From a bacterium (GTDB lineage Bacteria > UBA8248 > JACPRG01 > G963555815), in assembly GCA_965261595.1 (NCBI GenBank), contig CBDHDG010000005.1:1-64000 (forward strand): 64,000 bases of DNA. Direction: 5' to 3'. Under the pieces are notes generated by a model. The model had not been told where the DNA came from, ran no database searches, and saw only the letters and a program-made list of their open reading frames with translations. A program made the translations under genes and the position numbers. Numbering within the stretch: the stretch's first letter is position 1; every line of letters starts with the position of its first letter. Below are positions 42,318 through 53,440 of the stretch, piece after piece.

Positions 42318-43705
42318 GAGATACGCTCAGATCTGGTGTATGGGGTGAATTGAAGAAGGCGGCGCATTCCTGCTGAAATGGGGTTGTGAAGAGCCCGGTT
42401 ATTCAGCGAGAGAGGAGATGCGCCACCATGGAGAAAGATACGACGGTTACATTTTCGAATCCAGCCTTTCGGGACGAACTCAGCGAAGTGGTGCGCCACG
42501 GCGCACGGCAAATCATTCGACAAGCCGTGGAAGCGGAGTTGCAGGCCTTCCTGGAGGAGCATGCGGCCGAGCGCGACGGTCGGGGACGCCGATCGGTCGT
42601 TCGCAACGGCTACCTGCCTTCGCGGGAGGTTTTGACGGGAATCGGCCCGGTCCGTGTCCGTGTTCCCCGGACGCGGGACAGGTCCGGCGGGGGACATTGT
42701 TTCCGCTCGGAGTTGTTGCCGCCCTACCTGAAGAAGACGAGGCGGGTGGAAGCGGTTGTGCCGTGGCTGTACCTGAAGGGGGTATCGACGAATGACTTCG
42801 AGGAAGCCTTGCAAGCGTTGTTCGGCGAATCGGTGAAGGGTTTGTCTGCGGCGAGTGTCGCACGTCTCAAGGGCGGCTGGGAGGTCGAGTACGCCCAATG
42901 GCGGGAGCGTGACTGGGGAGGCGAGGAGTTCGTGTATCTGTGGGCGGACGGGATATACGTGAACGTGCGCAGCGAGGAGCGGCGTTGTCTGTTGGTGGTG
43001 GTGGGTTGCGACGTGCGTGGTTGCAAGCACTTCCTGGCCCTGGATGCGGGGTTCCGGGAATCGAAGGAGAGCTGGAAGGCGGTGCTGTTGAGCCTGCGCG
43101 ACCGCGGGGTGAAGGCGGCGAAACTGGCGGTGGGCGACGGAGGGCTCGGGTTCTGGTCGGCCCTGGCCGAGGTGTACCCAGAAACCCGGGCGCAGCGCTG
43201 CTGGGTGCACAAGACGGCGAACGTGCTCGACAAGCTTCCCAAACGCCTTCAGGGCAGCGCGAAGTCGATGTTGCATGAGATCTGGCGGGCGGATACACGG
43301 GCGAGAGCGGAGGAGGCGTTCAAGCGCTTCGTCGCCACCTACGAAGCCAAATACCCCAAGGCCGCCGACTGCCTGGCCAGGGATCGGGAGACGCTTCTGT
43401 CCTTCTACGACTTCCCGGCGGCTCACTGGCAGCACCTGCGGACTACCAACCCCATCGAATCGACCTTCGCGACCATACGGCTGCGAACGGTGAAGACCAG
43501 GAACTGCCTGAGCGAGAAGACGGCGTTGAGCCTCGTGCATCAACTCGCCATGAGCGCCCAGAAACGCTGGCGTCGGCTACGCGGCTTCCGTCATCTGGCC
43601 GGCGTGGTCGCCGACGTGAAGTTCATCGATGGGATTGACGAGAGAGAGATGGGCAGGGAAGCCGCTTGATTCAGGACGCCCATACACCAGATTTGACAGT
43701 AACTC
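42318..43705 (+). mobile_element. IS256-family element (intact transposase 42428-43669)
   Basis: 9-bp TSD GATTTTCCA; WADG, GDGG, QRCWVHK, TTNPIES motifs. Confidence 0.95.
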
Positions 43706-43850
43706 GATTTTCCATGGTCTTGTTCGCTAGGCTATTAGGAATCTTCAATCCATTCGTGAGACTCACCAGATTGAACACAAACGGCAGAGCGTTATAGCCC
43801 TGCCCGGCTATCGGCAGGTCGGTGGATGTAATGGGCGGGGCATGAGCTGG

Positions 43851-45254
43851 TGGACCGCCCCTGGGTTATTGGACACTCGGGTGAGGGTATTCGACCTCAT
43901 GCGGCCTCCGCAACTTGAGCGAGTTTTTCCTGCCTTGCCTGGGCCGGCGTTCGGTAGCCGTAGCCCTCGAGAATCCAATGATGGTTATACAGGTTCTTGA
44001 ACTCAAGCAGCGCCCACCGCAGTTCCTCTACGGTGGCGAAAGAGCGCACCCACAGGAGATTCTCCTTCAAGATGCGGATGAACCACTCACAGTAGCCATT
44101 TCCCTCGGGCGCCCGCACGAAGCTGGGCGAACTGGTCATGCCCAGGTAGGCGATCTCCCGCTGAAAGTCATCGGACAGATAGGCGGGGCCGTGGTCGTGA
44201 CGAACTTTAAGCCCCTCGGCGACGTCCGCCTCCAAGCCGGCGAAGCGCTCGGCGACCCCCTGCCGGATCGGCTCCAGGGCCTCGAAGCGGTTGCCGCTCT
44301 TGGCCGCATGGATCCCCACGCAGTCCACCGAGCAGTGATCCACCGCCACGAACACCGAGGCCATCCCCTCCTCGGTGGTCACCGTCGTCGTCATGTCCGT
44401 GCCCCACATTCGGTCGGGCCGCTCGGTGCGGATGGTCCCGTTGTGGGCCTTGGGACCTCGGGGTTTGCCCACCCGGTGAGGGGCCTGAAGCCCCGCCTCC
44501 CGCATCAGGCGACGCACCCGCTCCTTGCTGGTTCGGATGCCCGCGAAGCGCAGCCTCGCCCACACCTTGCGGTAGCCCTCGCCATGGAAGGGAGAGTCCT
44601 CCAGGACCTGCCGGATGTGGCCGAGGAGTTCCGCATCGGTGCACGGGCCCACAGGGCCGCGCTTATTGGGCGTGGGGCGTTCATGAACGGGGACCGCCTC
44701 TCGCCGCCGTTGCGCGTAGACCGTGGAGCGCGCCAAGCCCCAAAGGGCGCACACCCGCTTCAGGCCGTAGGCTCTGCCCGTGGAGGTGAAGCGGGCCTGA
44801 CTCATCGCCTCCACCTCCTGCCGGCTAAAGGGCGGCCGGCCTCCAGGCGGTCGATCTTCTCCCGCAGGACCTCGCCCTCCATCGTGAGTTCGCCCACCTT
44901 GGCCTTGAGCCGGGCGTTCTCCTCGTCCCGCTCATCCGCCGGGCGGGCTTTGAGCGCCGCCTCGCCCCCGCGAAGGAACGCCTCGCGCCAGGCGGAAAGC
45001 CGAGCCGCTGTCGTGCCCAACTCGCGGCAGAGCGTCTCCAGGCTCTCGCCCCGCAAAAGACGCAGGACCGCCTCCCGCTTGCGCTGGCAGGAGAACCGAC
45101 CCCGCTCACTGCGATGCCCTGGGGCCTTGGCTCCGTTCGCCCTGCGGGCGCCCTCCGCCAAAGCCCCCTCTTGCTTTTGTTCGTTCATCGCGACACCCCT
45201 TTCTCCATGAATCATGGATCAATCGAGTGTCCAACAAAACCCTAGAGCGGGGGA
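43851..45254 (-). mobile_element. IS3-family element, copy 2 (orfA 44802-45188, orfB 43897-44814)
   Basis: Near-identical to copy 1; 4-bp TSD CTGG. Confidence 0.95.
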
Positions 45255-46104
45255 CTGGCTTATACAATATATCCCAAATCTGAGCCCCTAGTTCCTCTAC
45301 CTGTTCCTGTCGGCACAGATCGAATTTAGCCCAATATTTGTGGCCTCTACCGCCCCTGGCTATGCATCTAGACGCTATCGCGTTCGGGGATGTGCGACTT
45401 TGAAGGATACGCCGCTCGACGGGATCAATAGGCTGTGCTGCTTGATTGATCTTAAAGAATGAATTCTCCGCGGCTTCGGTACTCTCTGCCTTAACCCATT
45501 GAATAAGAACAGAATTCTTTCCAATTGCGCTTAGATACCTTGCCTTTACAGGATTGGGGACCGACTGCCCTATCAGACCAATAAACTCAGCGTATGGTCC
45601 AATTTCCTTATTAATGACCTTTCTCGTGCGGTCGGCAATCTTTCGCTGTTCGTCAGTCAGCCCGCTCCCAAAGATCGCGTTAGAATTAGTGCCGTCGCCA
45701 TAGTCATCGCGAATCCACCCAATGAGAGCACTCAGCCGGTGCGCGCCATCAATAACAAAAACTTCGTCTCCTCGCTCCCAAAGAATGACGGCTGGGATTA
45801 GATCGCCCTGAAGGAATGCGCGGACCAAATCGTATACTGCCGCTGGCGCCCAGTGCGTCGTTTCGCGCTGAAAGTCCGGCTTCCTAAGTGAGTTTTGGAA
45901 GAAACCATTGCTGCCAAAGTCTGAAATGCTGATTGTTTGTCGTGGACTTCCGCCGGATTGGATCGCCTCCGAGACAAAGTCGCCACGGGGTATAAGAGCG
46001 TCGAGGTTAACCGTCACGGGCGTCATGCGCTTTTCCCCAGTAAATGGTGCCAACTTAATCATAGCTTAGCACCCATCACTGGGTATGTCAAGTGTAACGT
46101 TGCC

Positions 46105-47144
46105 CAAGGTAATGGGGTACTCGCGCCAGCAATTTTACGAGATCCGTCGCAACTTCAGACCTACGGTGCCGAGGGGCTGATCGACCGACTGCCTGGGCCG
46201 CGCGGACCGCACCCGAACCGGATGGCGGCACAGAGCGAGGCGGCCATCCTGGAGCATGCGATACAGCACCCCTGCCACGGTGCGATCCGGGTCGAGCAGG
46301 AGATGCGCCTTCAGGGCATCCAGGTCTCCTCGGGCGGGGTGCGCGGGGTGTGGCAGCGCCACGGGCTGTTGACCAAGCATGAGCGCCTGCTGCGGCTTTT
46401 GACGGCCACCGCCGAACGCAAGCTCGAACTCAGCGAGAAGCAGATCCAGCTCCTGGAGCGGTTCTCCCCGGAGTTCCGCAAACGCCATATCGAAGCACCC
46501 CATACCGGCTCCCTGGTGGCCGTCGATACCTTCTTCGTCGGCACCCTCAAGGGTGTGGGCAAGGTCTACCTGCAGACCGCGATCGACTGCCATTCGCGCC
46601 ATGCCTGGGCGCGCTTGTACCCGAACAAGCTGCCGGTGACAGCCGTCCACCTAATGAACAACGACGTGCTGCCGACCTTCGAGGCTGCCGGCGCGCGCAT
46701 CGAGGTCGTGCTGTCAGACAACGGCCGTGAGTTCTGCGGTCGGCCCGACAGGCATCCCTACGAGCTGTTCCTGCAACTCGAGGAGATCGAGCACCGCTCT
46801 ACAAAGGTCAAGCGGCCACAGTCCAACGGCATCGTGGAACGCTTGCACCGAACGCTCCTGGACGAGCACTTCCGGGTCGAGGGAAGGCGGACCTGGTTCG
46901 AAACCATCGATGAGATGCAGACCGTGCTCGACGACTACATGACCGTCTACAACCGCAAGCGGCCACACCAGGGTCGCGGCATAAACGGCCGGACACCCGG
47001 GCAGGCGTTCAAGGACGGCTTGCCAGCCACCAACAAACCGAGCACAATCAAACAGACGGAGAATCCTAAAGCCGCTTAATCAAACCCCCCGCCGTACGTG
47101 CGGCAAACGGGGGGGTACTGTCAGGTGAATACCATCCCTGTACA
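46105..47144 (+). mobile_element. 5'-truncated IS481-family element
   Basis: MGYSRQQFYEIRR..., VAVDTF, SDNGREF, NGIVER motifs; ends in TGTACA. Confidence 0.85.
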
Positions 47145-47149
47145 AGCTG

Positions 47150-47731
47150 TCACGAGCACCGTTCTCTTACATATTCAAACAGAGTTTCAGTGAATGGTTT
47201 CTGTCCTGCCGGAAGAATCCATAGTGTTTCCTCATTCCGTACCGAATTACCCACCGCACTTGTTTTTCCCTCGAATTTATTATCATACTTGAAGTTTATC
47301 ATCATAGTTTTATTCGATTTTAACGCTTGTTCTAGCGATGCAAATTCAACCATATCTGCAAGTGTTATTTTCAGTCCTTGCATCGTTCCCGCTATTTTAG
47401 AAAATCGCGTAACAGCATTTTTGTACAGTTCGACAACTTTTCTTCTTGTATCGTCGTTTAGATCGCCGTATATTTTTATAATGTTGTGCGTATGTTCACA
47501 TTCTTCTTCATTTTCTAACTCCCAAAGTATCTTTATAGAGTTTTCAAATATTATGACATAAAGCATATGGGAAGTAATGTTTCTCTGCCATCTGTGTTTG
47601 TCCATTTCCTCCTCAGGATTCTGTCCCGGCACAACCGGAATTATATACTGGGGACTTGATGTCAAGTATTTTGCCATATGAAAAAAGGCCTCTGTGGCTT
47701 CCAATTTATCTTCTGTCTCACGCATTTTCAT
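47150..47731 (-). CDS. HEPN-like protein
   Basis: FENSIKIL...HTHNIIKIY..L resembles the HEPN N-terminal motif; very AT-rich. Confidence 0.55.
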   Translation of the reverse strand: MKMRETEDKLEATEAFFHMAKYLTSSPQYIIPVVPGQNPEEEMDKHRWQRNITSHMLYVIIFENSIKILWELENEEECEHTHNIIKIYGDLNDDTRRKVVELYKNAVTRFSKIAGTMQGLKITLADMVEFASLEQALKSNKTMMINFKYDNKFEGKTSAVGNSVRNEETLWILPAGQKPFTETLFEYVRERCS

Positions 47732-47850
47732 GTCGACTACCCTCCTGCTAAACAGACATTCCCCATTTGAGGGTCACACACTATCTGCCTGTAGTGAGCG
47801 TACCCGGCTTGCAAGGGACTTTGGCACTTGGGTCAGGCTCGACTACTGGA

Positions 47851-48873
47851 TCACTTCTGAGGCATTGCGACCTCCGTCCGGCTGGTGACGAGGCTTGTCT
47901 GTGAGGCCCGGTCATCTATGGCGGCCATGATGAACTTTCGACAATCCAAGAGAGCACCGATTACGTCCGATTCAAGGTCTAGTGTATGACCGCGATATTG
48001 AAGGATCGCAGAGTCCAAGAAGTCCGGCTGATCAAAGATCGTCAAGGCGACTGGATCGATCTTCTGTGAAGGACCGAACTTACCCATTGCGCGATCATCA
48101 ATGTGTTCGAATGCGTGGCGCATTTCTTCGACCGGCCTGCTTATCTTGTTTACGCTGTCAGGCACTTCCAATTCAGGGCAGAACTGATCAACCAGCGAAT
48201 GCACCATTCTTGTGCACCGATGCAAAGCAATGATTGCCATTTCGGCTGTTGCCAGTGCGATGAAGGATTTGTGTCGCTTAGGAATCCCATCGGCCTTCAG
48301 TGCCTCATTTCTGGTTTCCATGGCCGACGCCCACAACGCATGTGCTGCGTCAGTTCTCCGGGCGAGGGAAAACAGGAAGAGCACGAACCCTACACGTTCG
48401 GACACAATCCGGTACCATGTCCAAATGGTGTTCGCTACAGGCGCATAGCCGCCCAACCCTGGGCTGGAGTAGGTATCTATCTGATCTGTACTAACGACGA
48501 GCGCGCCGGGCTCGAATACCAACCGGTCTCCTTTCTGCAATGGGATCGTTTTACCGGGGTCTTGTTCTCCTGGCCGGAGAGAACGATAGTAGACTGTGTT
48601 CCCTTCCCGCCTGACGGGCACGATTCTGCCGCCAAACAAGAACTCGCCTTTGTCTTGTTGAGTGTCTGGGGCGTCGGGGGCATTGTCAAATACTCCATTC
48701 TGATTACAGTTAATCTTTTCCGCCAAAGTCATCATGCGGCGCGGGCCTCTGGTTCGGCGGGTGTCACTTCTGATCACTGCACTGGACACAACGCGGACGG
48801 TGTGGGTGACTTGCGACATCAGGAGACGTTCGGTGAGCTGCCCGAGGAAGCTGTAAAGACGAGATTTGTTCAT
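47851..48873 (-). CDS. Protein with C-terminal HEPN-like RX4H motif (start uncertain)
   Basis: EMRHAFEHIDDR. Confidence 0.6.
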   Translation of the reverse strand: MNKSRLYSFLGQLTERLLMSQVTHTVRVVSSAVIRSDTRRTRGPRRMMTLAEKINCNQNGVFDNAPDAPDTQQDKGEFLFGGRIVPVRREGNTVYYRSLRPGEQDPGKTIPLQKGDRLVFEPGALVVSTDQIDTYSSPGLGGYAPVANTIWTWYRIVSERVGFVLFLFSLARRTDAAHALWASAMETRNEALKADGIPKRHKSFIALATAEMAIIALHRCTRMVHSLVDQFCPELEVPDSVNKISRPVEEMRHAFEHIDDRAMGKFGPSQKIDPVALTIFDQPDFLDSAILQYRGHTLDLESDVIGALLDCRKFIMAAIDDRASQTSLVTSRTEVAMPQK

Positions 48874-49189
48874 CGTCAGTCCCTCATGTGGTGGTTTGTA
48901 CTATGTTGATCTCAACATTGTACAAAGCAACTCAACAGGGCGAGTTATAGCATCGCCCGTTCTGCAACGCCATCAAGGCATCGTGGTGTTCGGCGGTTAT
49001 AGTCGAATCCGATGACGTCCGGCGCGCCGGCCGCTACAGTAGGATGGTTGTTTGCAGGCTGGCCGCTATGCTCGGCCGAATCATTTTGCGGGATTGGAGG
49101 TGTGCGATCGGCGTCTAGGCGGCGGTGCCGGAATTGGATGCAATTAGGGTGATGGTTGCCTAGCGCGGACTTGCCGCGCCTGTATACTG

Positions 49190-52100
49190 GATTGAGGATT
49201 GATGATTGAGGCTGTGACCCAACAGCTTTCCGATCATGGGGCTGTTGAAAAAGCCGGTTTCGAGACCGGGCGCATGCAGGATCACGTGGCGGCGGCCGCC
49301 CGCAAGTCTGTTCGGGGTGCGTAGGCGTGATGGATATGCAGCGGCTCTTGTCCGGCAACGCGGGCCGTCCAATTGGCCAATAGGATGGCAACAAGGGCGG
49401 CCCCAAGCCGCTTGAGATTGATCGCCGCGGCCGTCAGGTAGGCCTGGATCTTCATGTTGTCGAGACCGCGCCGGACCGCGCGCCCGAGGCCGTGCCAGAG
49501 CTTCGCCTCGCCGTGGAAGCCTTCCGAACGCCAGAGGTGGCGTTGGTACAGGCGCCGGTCGTCCTCGCTCCATCGCGCACGCCGGCGCCGCGCTCTGAGC
49601 AGCGCCGGATAGTCATGCGGGAGCACCACCTCCTTGTTGATGCGCGTCTTCGGCAGACACTCGCTCCGAAGCGGACAGCGTGCGCAGTCGCCGGCCCTGG
49701 AATGGAAGAAGCGTCCGCGCCCAGTGACCCGCAGGGGACGCAGGAGCTTTCCACGCGGGCACTTCACGATGTTGTTCCGGGCGTCGTAGCGGAAGCGACG
49801 CAAGGGAACTCTGCTCCCGGACGGATCTCTCCGTGCCGGGATGAGCGGATCGATGCCGCGGCGCTCGAGCCCGCCATAGACCTGGGCGTAGGCATAACCG
49901 GCATCGGCCGTCACCGTCACGATCTCCCGACCCGCGATCTTCCGAACCTCATCCACCTGCGCCTCGATCATCTCGCGCTCGTTCACCGCTCCCGTCGTCA
50001 CAGAAACGTCCAGCACCACGCCTCTCACGTCGTCCACCGTCGTGTGCTGCTTGTAGCACGGCTCAAGCCGCCGGTTGCACGCCGAGGTCGCCATGCTCGT
50101 GTCCGCATCGGTGCGGCTCACCTTCCTGGACTTGCCGCGCCGACCGCCTCGCCTCTTCTCCCCTTCAACCTCCTCCTCCCCGCGGTTCTCCGTCATCACC
50201 TCATCCACATGCCGCTCCACCAAGCTCTCCCAACTGACATCGGCGCGGATCAGCGAGGCGTCGTGCACAACCTCGGCCGTGGCGACCTTCGCCTCCAGGC
50301 ACGCCCTCACCGTGCGCTGGAATATCTCCCGGAACCGTTTCTCGCCCCAGCGCTGGCGGATACGGGTCAGGCTCGAATGGTCGGGCAGACGCTCGTGCAA
50401 GCCATAGCCGATGAACCACCGGATCGCGATGTTCACCTGCGCTTCCCGCATCAGCCTGCGGTCGTGCACAATGCCCAATAGCAGGCCGGCGAGCATCAAC
50501 CGCACCGCTACCTCCGGGTCGATGCCGGGCCGGCCGTTGTCAGCGCAATAACAGTCCGCCACTTCCTCGCGCAGCCAGCCCAGGTCGAGAACACGGTCCA
50601 CGCGCGCCAGTACGTGATCCTCGGGCACCAGCTGCTCAAGCGAACCGGTGATGAACAACGTCAACTGATCCCGCCCCTTCCGTCCCAACATCTCCTGGCC
50701 TCCCAAAATCGAACACTAGATATCGATACAGAGAAGCACGAAGGCCGAGCTTTTTCAACACCCCCATCATCGGAAGGCTCTCGCCCAGGGCCAGCGCACG
50801 GCTGGCATACGAGTGACGGAGGTCGTGAATCGTTGCGGAAGCAAGGGTAGGAACCTGGTTGCAGCCCGTTCCTGGTTGATGGCGCTCGAAACTGTTGTGT
50901 TTCTTGATGCGCCCGCAGATGCCGCGAACCTCGCCCGGAATCTGCTTGATGTCTGAGCGATTCCGCGCCAAGCTGCCAACGCCGCCGCACACATCGCGAT
51001 TGCCATCACGAACGGCGTGACGTCCGCGACGGGGTGCGGTTCATGCCTTCTACGCCTCCTAGGAAGAGCAGATTGCGGAGCTGGTGGAAGAGTTCCTGCG
51101 GGAGAACGGTATCGTTCCGGAATGGAGATGAACCGCCTGGAACGGGATCGCCCGCGGCATTGGTTCGCGGCAACGGACGGCGCACCGGCAGCGCGATGGC
51201 ATTGGTCAACGCCATCATTGCGACCCTCGCCGGCGGGGGGCTTCCGGGTTCGGGGCGGCTCCGGGCCGGAGTCCGAACGGCTACGATTCGCGCGGCCGAT
51301 GGTCTCGAATCGGCGGAAACGGCGGATCGGCGGCGGCGCACGGCGTCAGGAGCGCGCCTCGATATGGCACGGCGCACCGTGTTGAAATAGTGTTGAACTT
51401 TACAGGAAGTCGTCAGTCAGGAAAGATAGAGAAACAGATATTAACCTATAATATCAATGCGTTATACAATGGCCGTAAGCCGTGGGAAAAAGCGATCTAT
51501 AAATTCCCAGCGCAACGTCAGGATCTCGCTCTTCCGGCATCCGGTCAGCAGCAGCAGCCGGAGCGCCGCAATCACCGGCGGCCACACCGAGCCGTCCGTT
51601 TCCGCGTCCCTCAACACACGGCCCAGCCGCCGGAACTCCTCCGGCGTCAGAAACCGCTCGCACGACCTCTCCTTGTAGCGGCGCACCGACCGGCACGGGT
51701 TCCGGCCGGGCGGCAGTCTTTCCCAGGCTTCCGCCAACGAGAACATTCTCGACAGAACCTTGACCGTCCGGTTGGCCATTGCAGGCGTGTCACGAAGCCG
51801 GTGATGCAGCGCGGAAATCTCCCTTCGTCCTACCTCGTTGATTGACATCGCGCCCAGGGTGGGAAGAATGTGCTTGCCGAGCACGCACCGGTACGTTGCA
51901 ACGGTGCTCGGCTTGCAATGCACCTTGACATGGGTGCGCAGGAACCGTTCGGACAGTTCGGCCAACGTGAGCTCCGGCTCGGGCGGCGCGGGCACGGGGT
52001 CCTCCCCCCGCTTGATGCGGTCGATGACCACGGCCGCCCGCTTCCTCGCCTCCTCGGTCGACATGTCCCCATGCCGTCCGAGGGTCACTCGCTTCGGTCC

Positions 52101-52262
52101 GGCCGGCCCCCGGGACTGCACTACGTAGACCTTGCGACCCGTGGCATGGACCCGCACCCCGAAGCCCGCCAGGTCCCGGTCCCAGAAGACGCCATCCGTG
52201 GCATCGACGGTGAGTGCATCCACGGTGCGTTTGGTGATCCTGAGCTCGCTCCTTCTGGGCAT
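49190..52262 (-). pseudogene. int: P4-type tyrosine integrase (Arm-binding DUF4102), fragmented
   Basis: N-part 52262-51500 (WDRDLAGFGVRV, TGCRKSE); C-part HDLRHSYAS...PMIGKLLGH split by IS1182. Confidence 0.85.
49238..50765 (-). mobile_element. IS1182-family element (transposase 49282-50691)
   Basis: 17-bp TIR GGGG(C/G)TGTTGAAAAAGC; 5-bp TSD ATCAT; GRPGIDP, PDHSSL, ADAGY motifs. Confidence 0.9.
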
Positions 52263-52477
52263 GGTCGCTCCTTGCCTTTGTTCTATGGTGATTCGGTATG
52301 CAATTCCGTAATCAAATAGAACACACGCTGCATCAAATCGGTGCGTATTTGAGCACAAGCGTGGCGGGAATGCAAGGGGCAAGAGACGGGATAATGAAAA
52401 ATAAATTCAATGTTTACAGCACTTTATCTCAGCACAGCGTTCTCGGTCGCACCATTGGCGAGGTGAGATATTTTAAC

Positions 52478-53375
52478 CACGTTTTCCATCTTGTGAAACC
52501 AGCACCGCTGATGGGGCGTGAAGGGGTAGACCACCTCCAGCGCCGCCAACAGCCCCGGGTTGCCGTCGGTGATGATGAGGCGAAGGGAGTGACCCAAAAG
52601 CCCCCGGTGGTAGAGGTCGTCGAGGAACTTCGTCCATGTGGCCTCGCTCTCCGAGTCGGCCAGACGGAAGTCGATGATCTCCCGCCGGCCCGCGAGTGTG
52701 ACGCCCATCGCGCACAAAAGGACCTTGCGCCGGCTTCTCGACGCCCCGCGCACCTTGAAAGCCAGGCCATCCAGGAACACACAACGGTAGTGGTCGCTCA
52801 AAGGGCGGTCGTGGAACGCCGCAACGTCTCGGCTGAGCGCCGTGCACACCCGCGAGACGGTGGAGGCGCTCACCGCTTCACCCAACAACCCCTTCACGCA
52901 CGCCCCCACCCGGCGGGTGGACACCCCGGCCAGGAAGCAATCGCGAAGCGTGCGGTCCACCACCGCCCGGCGGCGCCGGTAGCGCGAACGCCCGGCTCTG
53001 AAAGCCGCCGCCGCGAACCCGGGGCACACGCAGGGCGCGGATCAGCCCCCCCTCGGTCCCCAGGTCCCGGACGTAGTGGCCGTTGGCCCAGTCGCGCCGC
53101 TTGGGCGTGCGCTCCCGGAACCCGGCCGCCAGGTAGACGGCCCGCTCCTCGGCCATCAGGCCCTCCAAAAACCCTTTCAGGCTCGCCTCGATGGGCAACT
53201 CCACCTCCCACGTCTCATTCAGCTCTTGAAATGCCCGGCCCAAATCCTTATCCCCAAAAAGCAACTTCGGTTGCATTGGGTGTGCTCCTCCAAAATGGGT
53301 TTCTTGCTCCCAGGAAGAGTACACCCTCTCTTTTTGCCCGAAAACACTTTCTACACACAAAACGGTACATCACCC
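52478..53375 (-). mobile_element. Truncated, frameshifted IS256-family element
   Basis: NGHY.R, FLDG, ITDG..GL, QRCWFHK motifs; 3' half absent. Confidence 0.85.
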
Positions 53376-53440
53376 TGTGACTTCCTGTCCTTGACACCAC
53401 CCAGGAGATTTCGGAGCATGCGGGACGGAGCGGCGGATGG

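Larger units (their letters stand above)
41638..46026 (-). pseudogene. DUF262 (ParB/Srx-fold) plus HNH nuclease, GmrSD-like, interrupted twice
   Basis: PDFQRE..W and VIDGAHRL at N-terminus; C..C...DHV....GG....NL...HPYCN at C-terminus; reconstructs to an open 1584-nt frame. Confidence 0.85.
40380..46104 (+). mobile_element. IS1595-family element with DUF262-HNH passenger and two nested IS
   Basis: Perfect 23-bp TIR GGCAACGTTACACTTGACATACC; no TSD. Confidence 0.9.

Noticed and set aside
45106..46062. 318-aa stand-alone DUF262 protein
   Set aside because: C-terminal tail is IS3 read-through; it is the N-part of the split nuclease.
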